64,000 nucleotides of DNA from a virus, in IMG/VR virus record IMGVR_UViG_3300031420_000003, positions 32,001 through 96,000 of that record; one strand, 5' to 3'. The translations under genes were made by a program, and so were the position numbers. Shown here piece by piece: positions 19,444-29,386 of this stretch. The stretch's first letter is position 1; every line of letters starts with the position of its first letter. The notes under the pieces were generated by a model. It saw only the letters and a list, made by a program, of their open reading frames with translations. It ran no database searches and was not told where the DNA came from.

Positions 19444-20111
19444 TGGGGTCGTCCGAGGTTGTTGCCAATGTGCATCTGTTTGTAGTAGGCACTCCACGTT
19501 CGGGTGCTCTTCGCACTCGTCCGCTCAGCCCCTTCAATGTGGATACGACCTTGGCCGGTTTGACGAATGGATTGGTAGAACGCACGTTGAAGTGCATCGT
19601 TACCACCACGCGCGTGCAGGAACTCTTGCAGGGTCTCATCGAGACCGTCGGCAAACATCACGTACGCTTCGGGGAAAGAGACCCCGGAGGCTTTAGAAGG
19701 TCCAACCACCTGACCGGAAAGCTTGTCACGCACTTTATCGTTCTTCGCCACAGCCATCTTCTTCTCTTGCATCTGCGTCTGACGACGAGCAGGTACCGGG
19801 AAGTAAAGGTGTGGGTGTCGGGTACGGTGCTTAAGCCCAGTCTTCGAGTCGGTGAACCACATACGCTGGTTCATGTCCAAGCCCAATGCTTTGGCAATCT
19901 CCACGTTACGCATGTGGTCGATGCTTACCTTGCTACCCGCTGGGTTATAAATCGGGATACCATTTTTCGGGATGGTCGCAAAGTCTTCATCAGACATACG
20001 CGTAAACGCTTTGGCCATGGCATTGCCATTGATGCCGGAGGTGTCAATCAGATTCAGCAGGTCCAGTATGAATTTCTCCGCCGCCTTGCGACGTACCGGA
20101 TTGAGCTTCAT
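19440..20111 (-). CDS. Split multisubunit (virion) RNA polymerase beta C-terminal subunit, phiKZ gp149-like
   Basis: EKKMAV...DKLSGQVVGPSKASGVSFPEAYVMFADGLDETLQEFLHARGG parallels the RpoB C-terminal DKxHAR...TQQP.GG...EME...YG...TLQE region. Confidence 0.8.
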   Translation of the reverse strand: MKLNPVRRKAAEKFILDLLNLIDTSGINGNAMAKAFTRMSDEDFATIPKNGIPIYNPAGSKVSIDHMRNVEIAKALGLDMNQRMWFTDSKTGLKHRTRHPHLYFPVPARRQTQMQEKKMAVAKNDKVRDKLSGQVVGPSKASGVSFPEAYVMFADGLDETLQEFLHARGGNDALQRAFYQSIRQTGQGRIHIEGAERTSAKSTRTWSAYYKQMHIGNNLGRPQ

Positions 20112-20416
20112 GACGCAGTCCGAAACTGAATGGCGACACGCAGGTGAGGCAGAGTGGCGTTCTCCAAGTCCTCAATCCAATACGCAATCGCTTCGTTGTT
20201 TTCGGGCACAGACGGATAGCCCCAGACATCCGGGATACCGCTGGTGCGCAGCAACTCCTGATAAAAAGAAACCACCTGAGGACAAAAGGTCCCAAGTGAT
20301 TCCGCTGGTGCGGCAAAGCGCGCGACCAGAGCATCGGCAGCATTCGGATCAATGCTACGCAAGCCCTGTTCAAGGCGCTGAATAATGACTCGTTGATACT
20401 GCATCGTTTCCTCCAA
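20108..20416 (-). CDS. Hypothetical protein
   Basis: ATGA overlap with the RNAP gene; true start may be a few codons later. Confidence 0.65.
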   Translation of the reverse strand: MEETMQYQRVIIQRLEQGLRSIDPNAADALVARFAAPAESLGTFCPQVVSFYQELLRTSGIPDVWGYPSVPENNEAIAYWIEDLENATLPHLRVAIQFRTAS

Positions 20417-20449
20417 TACGGGGCGGCTTTATTACCGCCCCGCGTAGGG

Positions 20450-21940
20450 TTACTTTTTGCGAGTCAGGAATTTAGGAACACAGTCATCGTCAACTGCCAT
20501 GGCCAGTAAGCTCATAGCTGTCAGCGTGCGTTTCCCGCCCTTCTCTTCTTGGTCTTTGAACATCCAGTATTCCACTGTGTTGTCCATGATTTCATCCCAG
20601 TCCCATCCTTTATCAGCGATGGCTTTGTACAGCATGTCCGGGGCGACGTCGGCGTATTTGATTTCCAGCTTGTGGAAGTTGTTACGCATGTACGCCATTG
20701 CGGCTGTGATTTCCAACGCACGACGCAGGCGTGGGTTTTCATCGATCATGTCGCGAATGGTGGTACGCATGAACTTGACACCCGGTAACAGGTGGAGCTC
20801 ATAGTTAGCGCCTGAACGGGTGTAGCCGTAGTCACTGCTCAGCGTTTTAGAGATGTAATGCCACAACGATAAATGATAGAAGAAGCCCAGTGACTGAGAG
20901 AAGATAAGCTCAAACTTAACACCGGTTGGACCACCCTTGGCACGGAACTGCGTGTAGCGAACCAGTTTCAAGTCATTGGCTGACGAGTTCATGGTACGTG
21001 AACGTGCCGTTGGGTACATCGGTTCGTTCGTGGCCGTCTTCGCATCGTAAGAACTGTCGGCTTTCAGCTCACCGGTTTTGGTGGCGACAATCAGACTGTT
21101 CGTTAAGAAGGAAATCGCACGACGTGGTACGTTTGAGAACTTCAACTCACCGGAGATATCATCCAGCAGTTTATCCGCAGACGGCTTACCGCCGTTCTTC
21201 ATTGCCCCACCCATGTCGTCAGCTAAGTGTACGACAAAGCCCATGTACATGTGACCGCGCGCCAGACCTGCCGGCCAACGTCCCATCATGTTCGACTTCT
21301 GCAGTGAGTCGTGGGCGTTCAGGATGTTCTGATCAGAATCACCCACATCGGTCTTGGCGTGTTTGCCTTCGATATCGGAGGTGTGGAATTCTGACAGGGA
21401 GTCGATGGTATAGAACCACGGGTCAAGCATCATTTTGTTCTGACGACGAACCGGGTCTGGGAATGGCGACTCACGGACGTCTTTCTTCTTGACGTAATCG
21501 GAGAACCGCTTTTCAATTTCTTTGCGAATGTAGTCCGAGTAATACTGCTCGCCCGGTAACATATCGGATGCCACGAAGTTATAACGCCCTTCGTCAATCA
21601 TGGACAGTACGCTGGTACCGTCTTCGATTCCCGACGCTCGTTGAGCTGACAGGTAACCGGTTTCTAAACGGTCTAAGGCCGCGGACACTTCGGTGTCGTA
21701 CTTCGAACCCCACGCCGCACGGTAGCGCAGCATTATTTGGAATATGCAGAAGTCAAGCAGCGTACTCTTAAAGCTATTACCACGTCCTGAGAAGCCCATG
21801 ATGTGTGCAAAGCCGCCGTTGAGGTAATACAGACCGTCTGCGCCACGCTCATAACCACCCAAAGCGTGGTCCATGATTGTATAGACGTTAAAGCGAGGGC
21901 GAATTACCTCACCCACTACTTGGTTAGCTGGACCTGCCAT
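20450..21940 (-). CDS. UvsX/RecA-like recombinase (phiKZ gp152-like)
   Basis: Walker A GRGNSFKST, YDTE, Walker B FYTIDSLS. Confidence 0.85.
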   Translation of the reverse strand: MAGPANQVVGEVIRPRFNVYTIMDHALGGYERGADGLYYLNGGFAHIMGFSGRGNSFKSTLLDFCIFQIMLRYRAAWGSKYDTEVSAALDRLETGYLSAQRASGIEDGTSVLSMIDEGRYNFVASDMLPGEQYYSDYIRKEIEKRFSDYVKKKDVRESPFPDPVRRQNKMMLDPWFYTIDSLSEFHTSDIEGKHAKTDVGDSDQNILNAHDSLQKSNMMGRWPAGLARGHMYMGFVVHLADDMGGAMKNGGKPSADKLLDDISGELKFSNVPRRAISFLTNSLIVATKTGELKADSSYDAKTATNEPMYPTARSRTMNSSANDLKLVRYTQFRAKGGPTGVKFELIFSQSLGFFYHLSLWHYISKTLSSDYGYTRSGANYELHLLPGVKFMRTTIRDMIDENPRLRRALEITAAMAYMRNNFHKLEIKYADVAPDMLYKAIADKGWDWDEIMDNTVEYWMFKDQEEKGGKRTLTAMSLLAMAVDDDCVPKFLTRKK

Positions 21941-21973
21941 CGAAAGCTCCGTGTTTATTAGGTTTGTGTTCTA

Positions 21974-21999
21974 CATAAAGACACAGCGACACGTAAAAA
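21974..21999 (-). promoter_or_regulatory. Promoter TTTTTAC-N15-TATG upstream of the UvsX-like gene
   Basis: Exact motif and spacing. Confidence 0.6.
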
Positions 22000-22042
22000 G
22001 ACTTACTATGTAGCCCCATTCCCCCGTCTCCGAGGAAGTATA

Positions 22043-22798
22043 ATGACACTGAATCCCATCGCCGCGCTCCAAGCATTTGCTTCCAAAGCGTCGGTTATCT
22101 TACCCAAAGGTTTTACCAATAACGACCAAGAGCTGGCGCTGACTACGTACGACGATATGTCGAACATGGCCAACTGGATGCAAAAGGAAAAGTTCCTGAA
22201 CTTCCAAGGGATGCTGGTTCCGGTACCACCGGGCTTCAACGCCTACGTCATGGACCACCTGCAACGACTGGAATCTGTGTGGGATGTGCTGCAAGACATT
22301 CTGCCGGGTGTGCTGCAGCCGGTTGACAAACTGCTGTCTGGTCTGACACACCAGAAAGGGATGATGACCCTGCCTGTGGGCTTTCGCTACAAAGACTTCA
22401 AATACCCACTGAAGAACATTGACCCGCAGGACTTGGTGAACAAGCTCGCCCAGTCGTACACCAACAACGTGATTGACCAGCGTGCGATTGAGAAGACTTA
22501 CCACAGTGCCAGTGAAGTCGACGCCACCTTTAACCGTGCCCGTTCACTGCGTGCGGACATCAGTAAGAAGTTGCGTAAAGATGTCTCTCGCCTGATTGAG
22601 TCCATCTCGGCCTCGGCTGAAGCACTGGTTGACCAAGAAGCCCATCCGCAGGTCGTCGAGCAACTCACCCTTGCCCTTGACATGGCGTCAAGCTGGGTTG
22701 AACTGTTTGGCCTGTTCATGAAGCAGACCAACGAAATGCTGGAAGCACTGAACGCCACGGCCGATCGCCTGAAAGCATTGCGCGAAGGCAAAAAATAA
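22043..22798 (+). CDS. Probable virion (head) protein
   Basis: GAGGA RBS with TATG upstream; divergent from the UvsX-like gene as recalled for phiKZ-like phages. Confidence 0.6.
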   Translation: MTLNPIAALQAFASKASVILPKGFTNNDQELALTTYDDMSNMANWMQKEKFLNFQGMLVPVPPGFNAYVMDHLQRLESVWDVLQDILPGVLQPVDKLLSGLTHQKGMMTLPVGFRYKDFKYPLKNIDPQDLVNKLAQSYTNNVIDQRAIEKTYHSASEVDATFNRARSLRADISKKLRKDVSRLIESISASAEALVDQEAHPQVVEQLTLALDMASSWVELFGLFMKQTNEMLEALNATADRLKALREGKK

Positions 22799-22849
22799 AA
22801 AAGTAAAAAGAAGTACCCTACTCCAAGCGGAGTAGGGTGACTTTTATTT
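22797..22849. terminator. Bidirectional terminator
   Basis: ACCCTACTCC-AAGC-GGAGTAGGGT flanked by A- and T-tracts. Confidence 0.8.
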
Positions 22850-23338
22850 GTTTGTTGCAATGACAATTGCCGCTTTTAGCGCGTCGTTGATTTCAGCGTT
22901 GACTGCACGGATTAACTCATCGCGGAACGATTCCAGCTCCACGTAGAGGTCATCCATTACTTTCTCGTCAAACAGCGCGTACTCAAGCTCGGTCTTTTCA
23001 TCGAAGTCAACCAACTCCCGCACCACATCCATGCTACAGGTGTTCATCAACCGCGTGACCGGGTCTTCCTGATGCGCTCGTAACAACTCCGTGTTAAAGC
23101 AGGCTAGCTGAGAATTAATGAGGGTGTGAAAATGCCCAAACGCATTCATCAGTATCCCACTCAGATGGGCTTCGTACGTCTTCGAGTTGAAGTAGTCGGC
23201 ATTGTCTCTGACTACCGAACGCTCATGCGACTTCACCAACAACCGATGGTACGCCAGTGTCCTTTCCAGCACACCTTCGAAACCGATACTGAAGGTGTCG
23301 TAGATGTTGGTGGTGTTCATGTCTACGTAGATACGCAT
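22844..23338 (-). CDS. Hypothetical protein, paralog array B
   Basis: N-terminus MRIYVDMNT. Confidence 0.75.
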   Translation of the reverse strand: MRIYVDMNTTNIYDTFSIGFEGVLERTLAYHRLLVKSHERSVVRDNADYFNSKTYEAHLSGILMNAFGHFHTLINSQLACFNTELLRAHQEDPVTRLMNTCSMDVVRELVDFDEKTELEYALFDEKVMDDLYVELESFRDELIRAVNAEINDALKAAIVIATNK

Positions 23339-23341
23339 GTG

Positions 23342-23830
23342 TTATCCTTTCACAAGCCGAAGCGACGATTGAACAGCACGCGTCACTTCGCCCTCCAGTA
23401 GTGCTTGCATTCTCGTCTGGGCCTGCTTCACCGTTGCGATAAACTGCTGCTTCTCTTTCTCGTTAAACATGGTTGAGACGTTGAGCTTACCTTCCCGAAC
23501 CTCGTATAGGATTCTTTCCAACGCGAGTTCGTTCAGTCCCCAAAACGCCATCCAGAGTTTATCGAGTCTGTACGACAGATCATCTTGCTTTTCCACCACC
23601 AACGGTTTTCCGCAGAATACCTGACGGTACGGCTCTGCTAAAATCCGCGCCCAACGGTATGCGGCATTGGCGATACGTTTGTGGGGTTTACCTTTTGCAA
23701 ACTCCTCAAAGGTCATCGCCTTTTGCAGCATAGTCTCGAACTCAGCGCAAAGTCCAAACAGTTCCCTGTTGATTTTATTCTTCAGTTTCGGTGAAGCACA
23801 GCTAACATGGATAGCCATAACCCTCCTCAC
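23342..23830 (-). CDS. Hypothetical protein, paralog array B
   Basis: Coupled ORF; N-terminus MAIHVSC. Confidence 0.7.
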   Translation of the reverse strand: MRRVMAIHVSCASPKLKNKINRELFGLCAEFETMLQKAMTFEEFAKGKPHKRIANAAYRWARILAEPYRQVFCGKPLVVEKQDDLSYRLDKLWMAFWGLNELALERILYEVREGKLNVSTMFNEKEKQQFIATVKQAQTRMQALLEGEVTRAVQSSLRLVKG

Positions 23831-24300
23831 TTCTTAAAGAGTGTCCACGCTTTCTCAAAGACATTCTCGAGCTCGGCCGTGAGGGTCTGGAGCAAACCTC
23901 GATAACCCGCCTCCGCCCGCTCGGTAAGCAACTCCATAACCATGGGGTCGTATACCGGGCAGTTCAGCTCTAAGACGTTTCGACGCATGGTAGCCGGGGT
24001 CACCTCAAAGAGGGGCGTAAACTCTTTCACGCACCAGTCTAAGCTGTCCCCACTATCAAGCGTCTTTTCATCGAGTAGCCACAGCTTGTGTTGCACCGAG
24101 TTCAGAAACTCTGTCCAACCCGACGCCAAAGCGTCGGACAGCTTGTTGACGAAGTCGTAGTTATCGAACTCCTTAACTCTATCCGGCTCCTCTTGCATGG
24201 CGTCAATCAGAAACTGACGACCGAACACCACGATATCCCGACGCTGCTCACCGATGGTCTTTAAGACGTCGTCGGTATCAAACGAGACATAGATGCGCAT
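23827..24300 (-). CDS. Hypothetical protein, paralog array B
   Basis: N-terminus MRIYVSFDTD. Confidence 0.75.
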   Translation of the reverse strand: MRIYVSFDTDDVLKTIGEQRRDIVVFGRQFLIDAMQEEPDRVKEFDNYDFVNKLSDALASGWTEFLNSVQHKLWLLDEKTLDSGDSLDWCVKEFTPLFEVTPATMRRNVLELNCPVYDPMVMELLTERAEAGYRGLLQTLTAELENVFEKAWTLFKK

Positions 24301-24938
24301 CAGTCGTCCTTATTCAGCGTCTCTTTCAGCTCTTCGATCGCATCCGCGGCAGGCGGTGTCAGTTCGAGGTCAACGTTGGACTCATCCAGATGGATATCGG
24401 CTTTAGGCTCCGCAGGGACAATGGGCTTCCCATTGACGTCAAAGGTGAAACGCAAAGTGACCGATTTGATTTCTTCGGCCACTGCACCCCACAGCTCACC
24501 CGTGATTTCTTTTACGCGCGTGTCGGCCATTTCGATGAAGTTCTCAATCTCTTCTTCTTTAAGATTGATAACATGCGAATCGCCGGCCGAATCTTCGAAC
24601 TGTACGGTTGGACGTGCCCGCATGTCCTTGGCCCATTTGTCGCGAACGTTTGCCGCATTACCATCGACGGCGAAGATGTCAACGGTTTCGTCAATGACGC
24701 CGTTAAGCTGATCGCTTTTGTCGAAGTGGAACTCCAGCAGGGTGTCTTGCAGCTTCGACATCCCTTCCATGATCGGCATCAGTACGGCAACAGCCGCCTG
24801 ACGGATAACCGGGCCTTTGTCAGGCTGGGAGGCGTAGTGATGGGCAATGATGTGCTCGACATCGTCGTACATCGACATCATCAGCGCTGGCCACATTTTA
24901 CGGTTTTCATCGGTAGTCAGATTCAGATACAATTTCAT
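24300..24938 (-). CDS. Hypothetical protein, paralog array B
   Basis: N-terminus MKLYLNLTTD. Confidence 0.75.
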   Translation of the reverse strand: MKLYLNLTTDENRKMWPALMMSMYDDVEHIIAHHYASQPDKGPVIRQAAVAVLMPIMEGMSKLQDTLLEFHFDKSDQLNGVIDETVDIFAVDGNAANVRDKWAKDMRARPTVQFEDSAGDSHVINLKEEEIENFIEMADTRVKEITGELWGAVAEEIKSVTLRFTFDVNGKPIVPAEPKADIHLDESNVDLELTPPAADAIEELKETLNKDD

Positions 24939-24947
24939 GATTAATCC

Positions 24948-25442
24948 TTAACGGTTAAAGTAGATGATCAGTTGCTCACTACGTGCGGCAGTGGTCCGGT
25001 AACAACGCATGATGAACTCATGCAAAAGCTGCTCGAGATACCGGGTCAGTTTGCGACAGCGGCCGATTTCAAAGAATTCACGGGTATTGAAATCAGCTTC
25101 GCCGATCGTCATGCGAAACGGCGATGGGAACTCGCCGTCCACATCGCATTCTTCTAACAGTTCGTTTACGCGTTCAGTGATGTCGGTTGGACACACCGCG
25201 ACGGTCAGGCTAAACCCCACGTCAATCACGACGACTTTGTTGACCAGCATCGTTAACGCACGGTGATAGGGAGCCAGCATCATCGTAGCTTCAGCCACAA
25301 AGGAAGCCCCCTCTGGCAGTTCGATGCCGCGGTTTTCTAACTCATCTTCGATGGCTTGGACAACGGTTTTCTCCCACGCCTCCGAAAGCTCCTTTACCAC
25401 ACTTTGACTTTCGGTATCAACGAGATCAATGACTAATCGCAT
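24948..25442 (-). CDS. Hypothetical protein, paralog array B
   Basis: N-terminus MRLVIDLVD. Confidence 0.75.
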   Translation of the reverse strand: MRLVIDLVDTESQSVVKELSEAWEKTVVQAIEDELENRGIELPEGASFVAEATMMLAPYHRALTMLVNKVVVIDVGFSLTVAVCPTDITERVNELLEECDVDGEFPSPFRMTIGEADFNTREFFEIGRCRKLTRYLEQLLHEFIMRCYRTTAARSEQLIIYFNR

Positions 25443-25453
25443 GTTACTTCCCC

Positions 25454-26056
25454 TTAGAAACGACTGACGGTCATTTCACCCCGGCCCATCTCATGAACAC
25501 CATCCACTTGCTCTGGTGTCAGTTTGTACAGTTGAAGCTTGCTCAGGAGGGTTTCCATTTCCTGACGGGCGAGGATGCCAACCTTCTCCTTGGCTTTCAT
25601 CACGATGCTTTCTACCTTCATGGTATCCACCGCACCGAACAAGTCGTTCAGGGATTCCATTTGGAAGGTCAGGGTGCGCTCACCGTTCTCCCCACAGGCC
25701 ACAAAGGTTTCGTGAGCATTCAGGTGCACGTAGCTTTCCAAGTCCGCCACACCCTTTACAAACGCCTCTTCAACCCGCAGGGCCAGTTCATCCACCGTGT
25801 CCCAGCCATTGACGCCAATCGTGAACGTCTTTTGCAGCACGTCCTTGGCTTGGTCGACCACGAGCGAGGTCAGCTCATCGACAATCTTCGAAGCTTCGAC
25901 CACGTGGTGAACCTTGTCAGTGTCTTTGCGCAAATCGCGTTCGTACTTACTGATAATGTCGTGGAGCTCGAAGTTCAGGTCTTTACGCAGGTCAACCATC
26001 AGCTCACTGATTTTCCCTGCCTGTTCACCGAGTGCCATATTCAAAATGACTTGCAT
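25454..26056 (-). CDS. Hypothetical protein, paralog array B
   Basis: AAGGAG RBS; N-terminus MQVILNM. Confidence 0.75.
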   Translation of the reverse strand: MQVILNMALGEQAGKISELMVDLRKDLNFELHDIISKYERDLRKDTDKVHHVVEASKIVDELTSLVVDQAKDVLQKTFTIGVNGWDTVDELALRVEEAFVKGVADLESYVHLNAHETFVACGENGERTLTFQMESLNDLFGAVDTMKVESIVMKAKEKVGILARQEMETLLSKLQLYKLTPEQVDGVHEMGRGEMTVSRF

Positions 26057-26058
26057 GG

Positions 26059-26691
26059 TTACTCCTTAAAGAGCGCAAAGAAACGATCGCGCTCTGCTTC
26101 AACATCGAGAATCATAACGTGCTTGTGACGCATCGCATCAGCACGTGGGACAAAGGCATCCCAATCCGCCCGCCACATGTAGGGGCCGTGTGGGTACTTC
26201 ACAATTAGGTTGCCCCACTCTTGCTCGCTTTGGATTATCTCCCGCTCCTCAACATAGCAGGGACTCTCCATGGAGCCTGCAAACCACAGGGTGTGATTCA
26301 ACAGGTCTTCATCACGAGCAAACACCAATGGCATGTCGAGCGCGGCCTTTACCTCACTGACACTGCCGAGGTAGCTGCGGTTCACATCCATCGAGTGGCG
26401 TGGAAAGTTATCAAAGTCCCCCATCAAAGCTAAGAGAACCTGACGTACTTTTTTCATCATTCGGGGGTCAACAAACTCATCCGCGAGGGCGAGTTCCAAT
26501 CCACCTTCGTGCACGATAAAGCGTAACGCAGACCACATGCCGGATAGGGGTGCCCAGTCAGCGATGTAATCCTGTCTGGCAATCTCCCGTGCCACGAGAA
26601 GGTAGGCTGTCTTGACTGCCTCCTCATGGAAGGTGAGCCGTTTAAGATAATCCTCAAGCGAGAAGAGGATGTGCATTTTAACTTGCTGCAT
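26059..26691 (-). CDS. Hypothetical protein
   Basis: GGAG RBS before MQQVKMHILF. Confidence 0.7.
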   Translation of the reverse strand: MQQVKMHILFSLEDYLKRLTFHEEAVKTAYLLVAREIARQDYIADWAPLSGMWSALRFIVHEGGLELALADEFVDPRMMKKVRQVLLALMGDFDNFPRHSMDVNRSYLGSVSEVKAALDMPLVFARDEDLLNHTLWFAGSMESPCYVEEREIIQSEQEWGNLIVKYPHGPYMWRADWDAFVPRADAMRHKHVMILDVEAERDRFFALFKE

Positions 26692-27118
26692 TGAAAGGCT
26701 CCAATAAAGCATGGGACATCAACAAGTCGACGGCGCGAATCACCTGATACTGATTGAACACCAAGTGCGTCGCGTTGTACTGTATCTCCACGTAGTTGTG
26801 CTCGAGCATCCGTTGTATCTCGTTGCTGAGATGGTGAACCGGGTGACGTGAGAAACCCTCTAGATAGAGCAGGAACTGGTGAACACGTCGCCACTCTATC
26901 TCGGGCATTTTGTTCGCTACCCAGTCGGCACGTAGATCCAGAATCGCTTTGAGCAAGTCTTCGCCGATGATATCCCTGTTACTGTTCGCGGCCCGCATTA
27001 AAAAATATTTAACCGCCGTGCGGGTCCAATTAAGGCTCTCGCTGGCGGGTAAATCTTGATACTTCTGGAGAAAGAGCCTATCCACGTACATCAGCGATTC
27101 ACTTTGTACGGTTAACAT
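26678..27118 (-). CDS. Hypothetical protein
   Basis: AAGGAG RBS, packed operon. Confidence 0.7.
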   Translation of the reverse strand: MLTVQSESLMYVDRLFLQKYQDLPASESLNWTRTAVKYFLMRAANSNRDIIGEDLLKAILDLRADWVANKMPEIEWRRVHQFLLYLEGFSRHPVHHLSNEIQRMLEHNYVEIQYNATHLVFNQYQVIRAVDLLMSHALLEPFNAAS

Positions 27119-27120
27119 TG

Positions 27121-27483
27121 CTACTCCTTAAGAGTAATCTCCTTTCCCACTGGCCAGTTCAGTCGCATCTGCTGTGATGCCCGTACCAGTTTGATAATCA
27201 AGTCACGCTTCTCGTTACGATAGAGCGACAAGGCCATCGTGGGCAAGAACGCTGCCCGGTGGAGTCTTGACGGACAGCCCATGCACGCAATCACCTTGGT
27301 CTGCGACTTGATAGACTCATGTTGCAGCGCCGCGAGTTGCTGTGAATAGACTTCGTTATCGATCATCTGCACATCGGGAAGAGCATGCCTAACAAGTGGG
27401 ATAAGGTGGCGCGGTGTGAGAATAAGGATGGCACCACTGGGGGATTTCTCCGCCCAGCTGTTCACCTGTTCGGCTAGTTTCAC
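27121..27483 (-). CDS. Hypothetical protein (paralog of 27480-27857)
   Basis: GAILILTPRH...VRHALPD. Confidence 0.7.
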   Translation of the reverse strand: MKLAEQVNSWAEKSPSGAILILTPRHLIPLVRHALPDVQMIDNEVYSQQLAALQHESIKSQTKVIACMGCPSRLHRAAFLPTMALSLYRNEKRDLIIKLVRASQQMRLNWPVGKEITLKE

Positions 27484-27857
27484 GCCGGGACCTCTTGAAT
27501 GAACGCCCAGATATCACTTGGACGTTGTTCCAGACTGCGGAACTTCTCACAGCGGACATTGATGTTATCGCCATCTTGCCAGACGTGCAGCGAGATGTCT
27601 GCTTCGCTAGTGAGCATGATGTGCGGGTTGTGGCACTCGACCACCACACATGGCCAGTCAGTTCTGTCTTTGACGCTATCTACCCGCATGTCGCGAATCA
27701 CATCACGCGCCAGCACATCGAAATGCCCTTCCGGCAGTTCACTACGCACCCACGCCATTGCTTTGTGTTCGACAGTCAGCAAGAACAGGCCGCCTTCAAC
27801 ACTGGTGTTCTTGCGGCTTTCTTTAATCAGACGTGCAATCAGGCCATTCAGTTTCAT
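27480..27857 (-). CDS. Hypothetical protein (paralog of 27121-27483)
   Basis: GGLFLLTVEH...VRSELPE. Confidence 0.7.
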   Translation of the reverse strand: MKLNGLIARLIKESRKNTSVEGGLFLLTVEHKAMAWVRSELPEGHFDVLARDVIRDMRVDSVKDRTDWPCVVVECHNPHIMLTSEADISLHVWQDGDNINVRCEKFRSLEQRPSDIWAFIQEVPA

Positions 27858-27881
27858 TGTATTAATCCTTGCAGTAATGTA

Positions 27882-28601
27882 TTAGACCGGTTCCATAAAG
27901 GCGACTGCCTCTGGAGTTAAATGACACAACGTCACAGGCTCACCCTGTGGGATCGTAATACGTGGGGATTCCGCCACCATGCATCCTGTCCACAGGTAAA
28001 ACTCCATGCCGTCATCTTTCGAGATTTCGTAGAGCACACTGCCAAACCCGTTGACATAGGGGCCATGCCACTGCGGTTCATAATCGCCTTCTTGGATTGC
28101 AAACACCGAGGGGTTATCTTCCCAGATGCGCAAATCCATGGCATACGTATCCAGCCAAAATCCGGTGATGTTGTGCTGTCGACGCAACGCCAGTAAGTCC
28201 TGGTACGGCTTAGCCAAACGTTCAGCCAGCTCATCCAGAAACTTGTCCCCCTCACCCAGCACCGCCTCAACGAATTCCATGAAGAGCAACACTTCCCCTT
28301 CAATCACATCGTCTTGGTCTTCGTGGGTGTAATCGTTGTAAATATCCTCGAGACTGAACTCGAGTTCATGAATGTTAAAATCGCGGCCAAGATTGACCGC
28401 ATCCAACATACCCGTAATCGCGATTGCAAACGTCTTAACAAACATCGGGAACGAGCCGAGAAAGAAATCATCTCGGCGCACCCACAGTTCAGGTCGAGCA
28501 GCAAGCTTCTCCGGGCAGTAGCGTTCCCAAATCTTATCAAATAACTTAATCGCCGCAGGCGTTGTATAATGAAAGAGTTCGGGGATAACCACACGTAACA
28601 T
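27882..28601 (-). CDS. Hypothetical acidic early protein
   Basis: AGGAG RBS; directly downstream of the early promoter motif. Confidence 0.75.
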   Translation of the reverse strand: MLRVVIPELFHYTTPAAIKLFDKIWERYCPEKLAARPELWVRRDDFFLGSFPMFVKTFAIAITGMLDAVNLGRDFNIHELEFSLEDIYNDYTHEDQDDVIEGEVLLFMEFVEAVLGEGDKFLDELAERLAKPYQDLLALRRQHNITGFWLDTYAMDLRIWEDNPSVFAIQEGDYEPQWHGPYVNGFGSVLYEISKDDGMEFYLWTGCMVAESPRITIPQGEPVTLCHLTPEAVAFMEPV

Positions 28602-28628
28602 AAGTGACTCCTAACGATTTACCACGGA

Positions 28629-28642
28629 GATAATATCTATCT
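28629..28642 (-). promoter_or_regulatory. Early-type promoter AGATAGATATTATC
   Basis: Consensus copy 27 nt upstream of the ATG at 28601. Confidence 0.7.
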
Positions 28643-29379
28643 TAAAGCTTTTTCAGCTCTTCAACGATACGGGGCAGAAGCTCGTAAACTTCCACGTCCT
28701 CACCCGGTTTAGGGGCAAGCATGGTCGGGAAGGTTTCGGGCAGGATAAACGCATCGCCTTGAACCACGAACGCATGGTCTAATCCCAACACCGCATCCTT
28801 GGCATCTTCGCATTTGACGATGGCAATGAACGTCCACTCCAGCGGTTCAATAAACGGCAGGATAACCTTGTTGTTTTCCATCTGCTTGATAAGCATGTCA
28901 CGGGTCATGTAAATCCCCGTGTAGTTATCAATCATGAAGGAGTCTTTCCCCAACAGGTTATACACCTCGTCCATGAACTGCTCGACGAACCACTGCATCG
29001 CCCCTTCCAGTAACGCAGACAGCGGACGGGTGCTGACGATGTGGGCAAAGAACTCCCCGACAGTGACATTGGGTGACAGGTGATTCTCCAGCGCCGGGTC
29101 AGTGAAATACTCGGCCATGGCATCGCCGTAGACATCAAAGCTTGTCAGCGACGGCGTCAGCATCGTACGGGCATTGGCCAGCGCTATCCCTTCCAGCAGG
29201 ATGTTGGCAACCATCCACCGCGCAGCCGCAGTGGTGGTCTCATCAATCGCCTTCTGCTCGGTCGGGGTCAGCTTCATGGCTTTGCCGTAGCGATAAAACG
29301 CCATGCCGTAATACTCAGCCAACGCCTCAACGAGTTTGCCACTGTGCATGGTCAGAACATGACTAAAAACACGCAACAT
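28642..29379 (-). CDS. Hypothetical protein (possible paralog of 27882-28601)
   Basis: Both start MLRV, have similar length and share a C-terminal ..GE.V....L.P pattern. Confidence 0.7.
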   Translation of the reverse strand: MLRVFSHVLTMHSGKLVEALAEYYGMAFYRYGKAMKLTPTEQKAIDETTTAAARWMVANILLEGIALANARTMLTPSLTSFDVYGDAMAEYFTDPALENHLSPNVTVGEFFAHIVSTRPLSALLEGAMQWFVEQFMDEVYNLLGKDSFMIDNYTGIYMTRDMLIKQMENNKVILPFIEPLEWTFIAIVKCEDAKDAVLGLDHAFVVQGDAFILPETFPTMLAPKPGEDVEVYELLPRIVEELKKL

Positions 29380-29386
29380 AAAAGCC

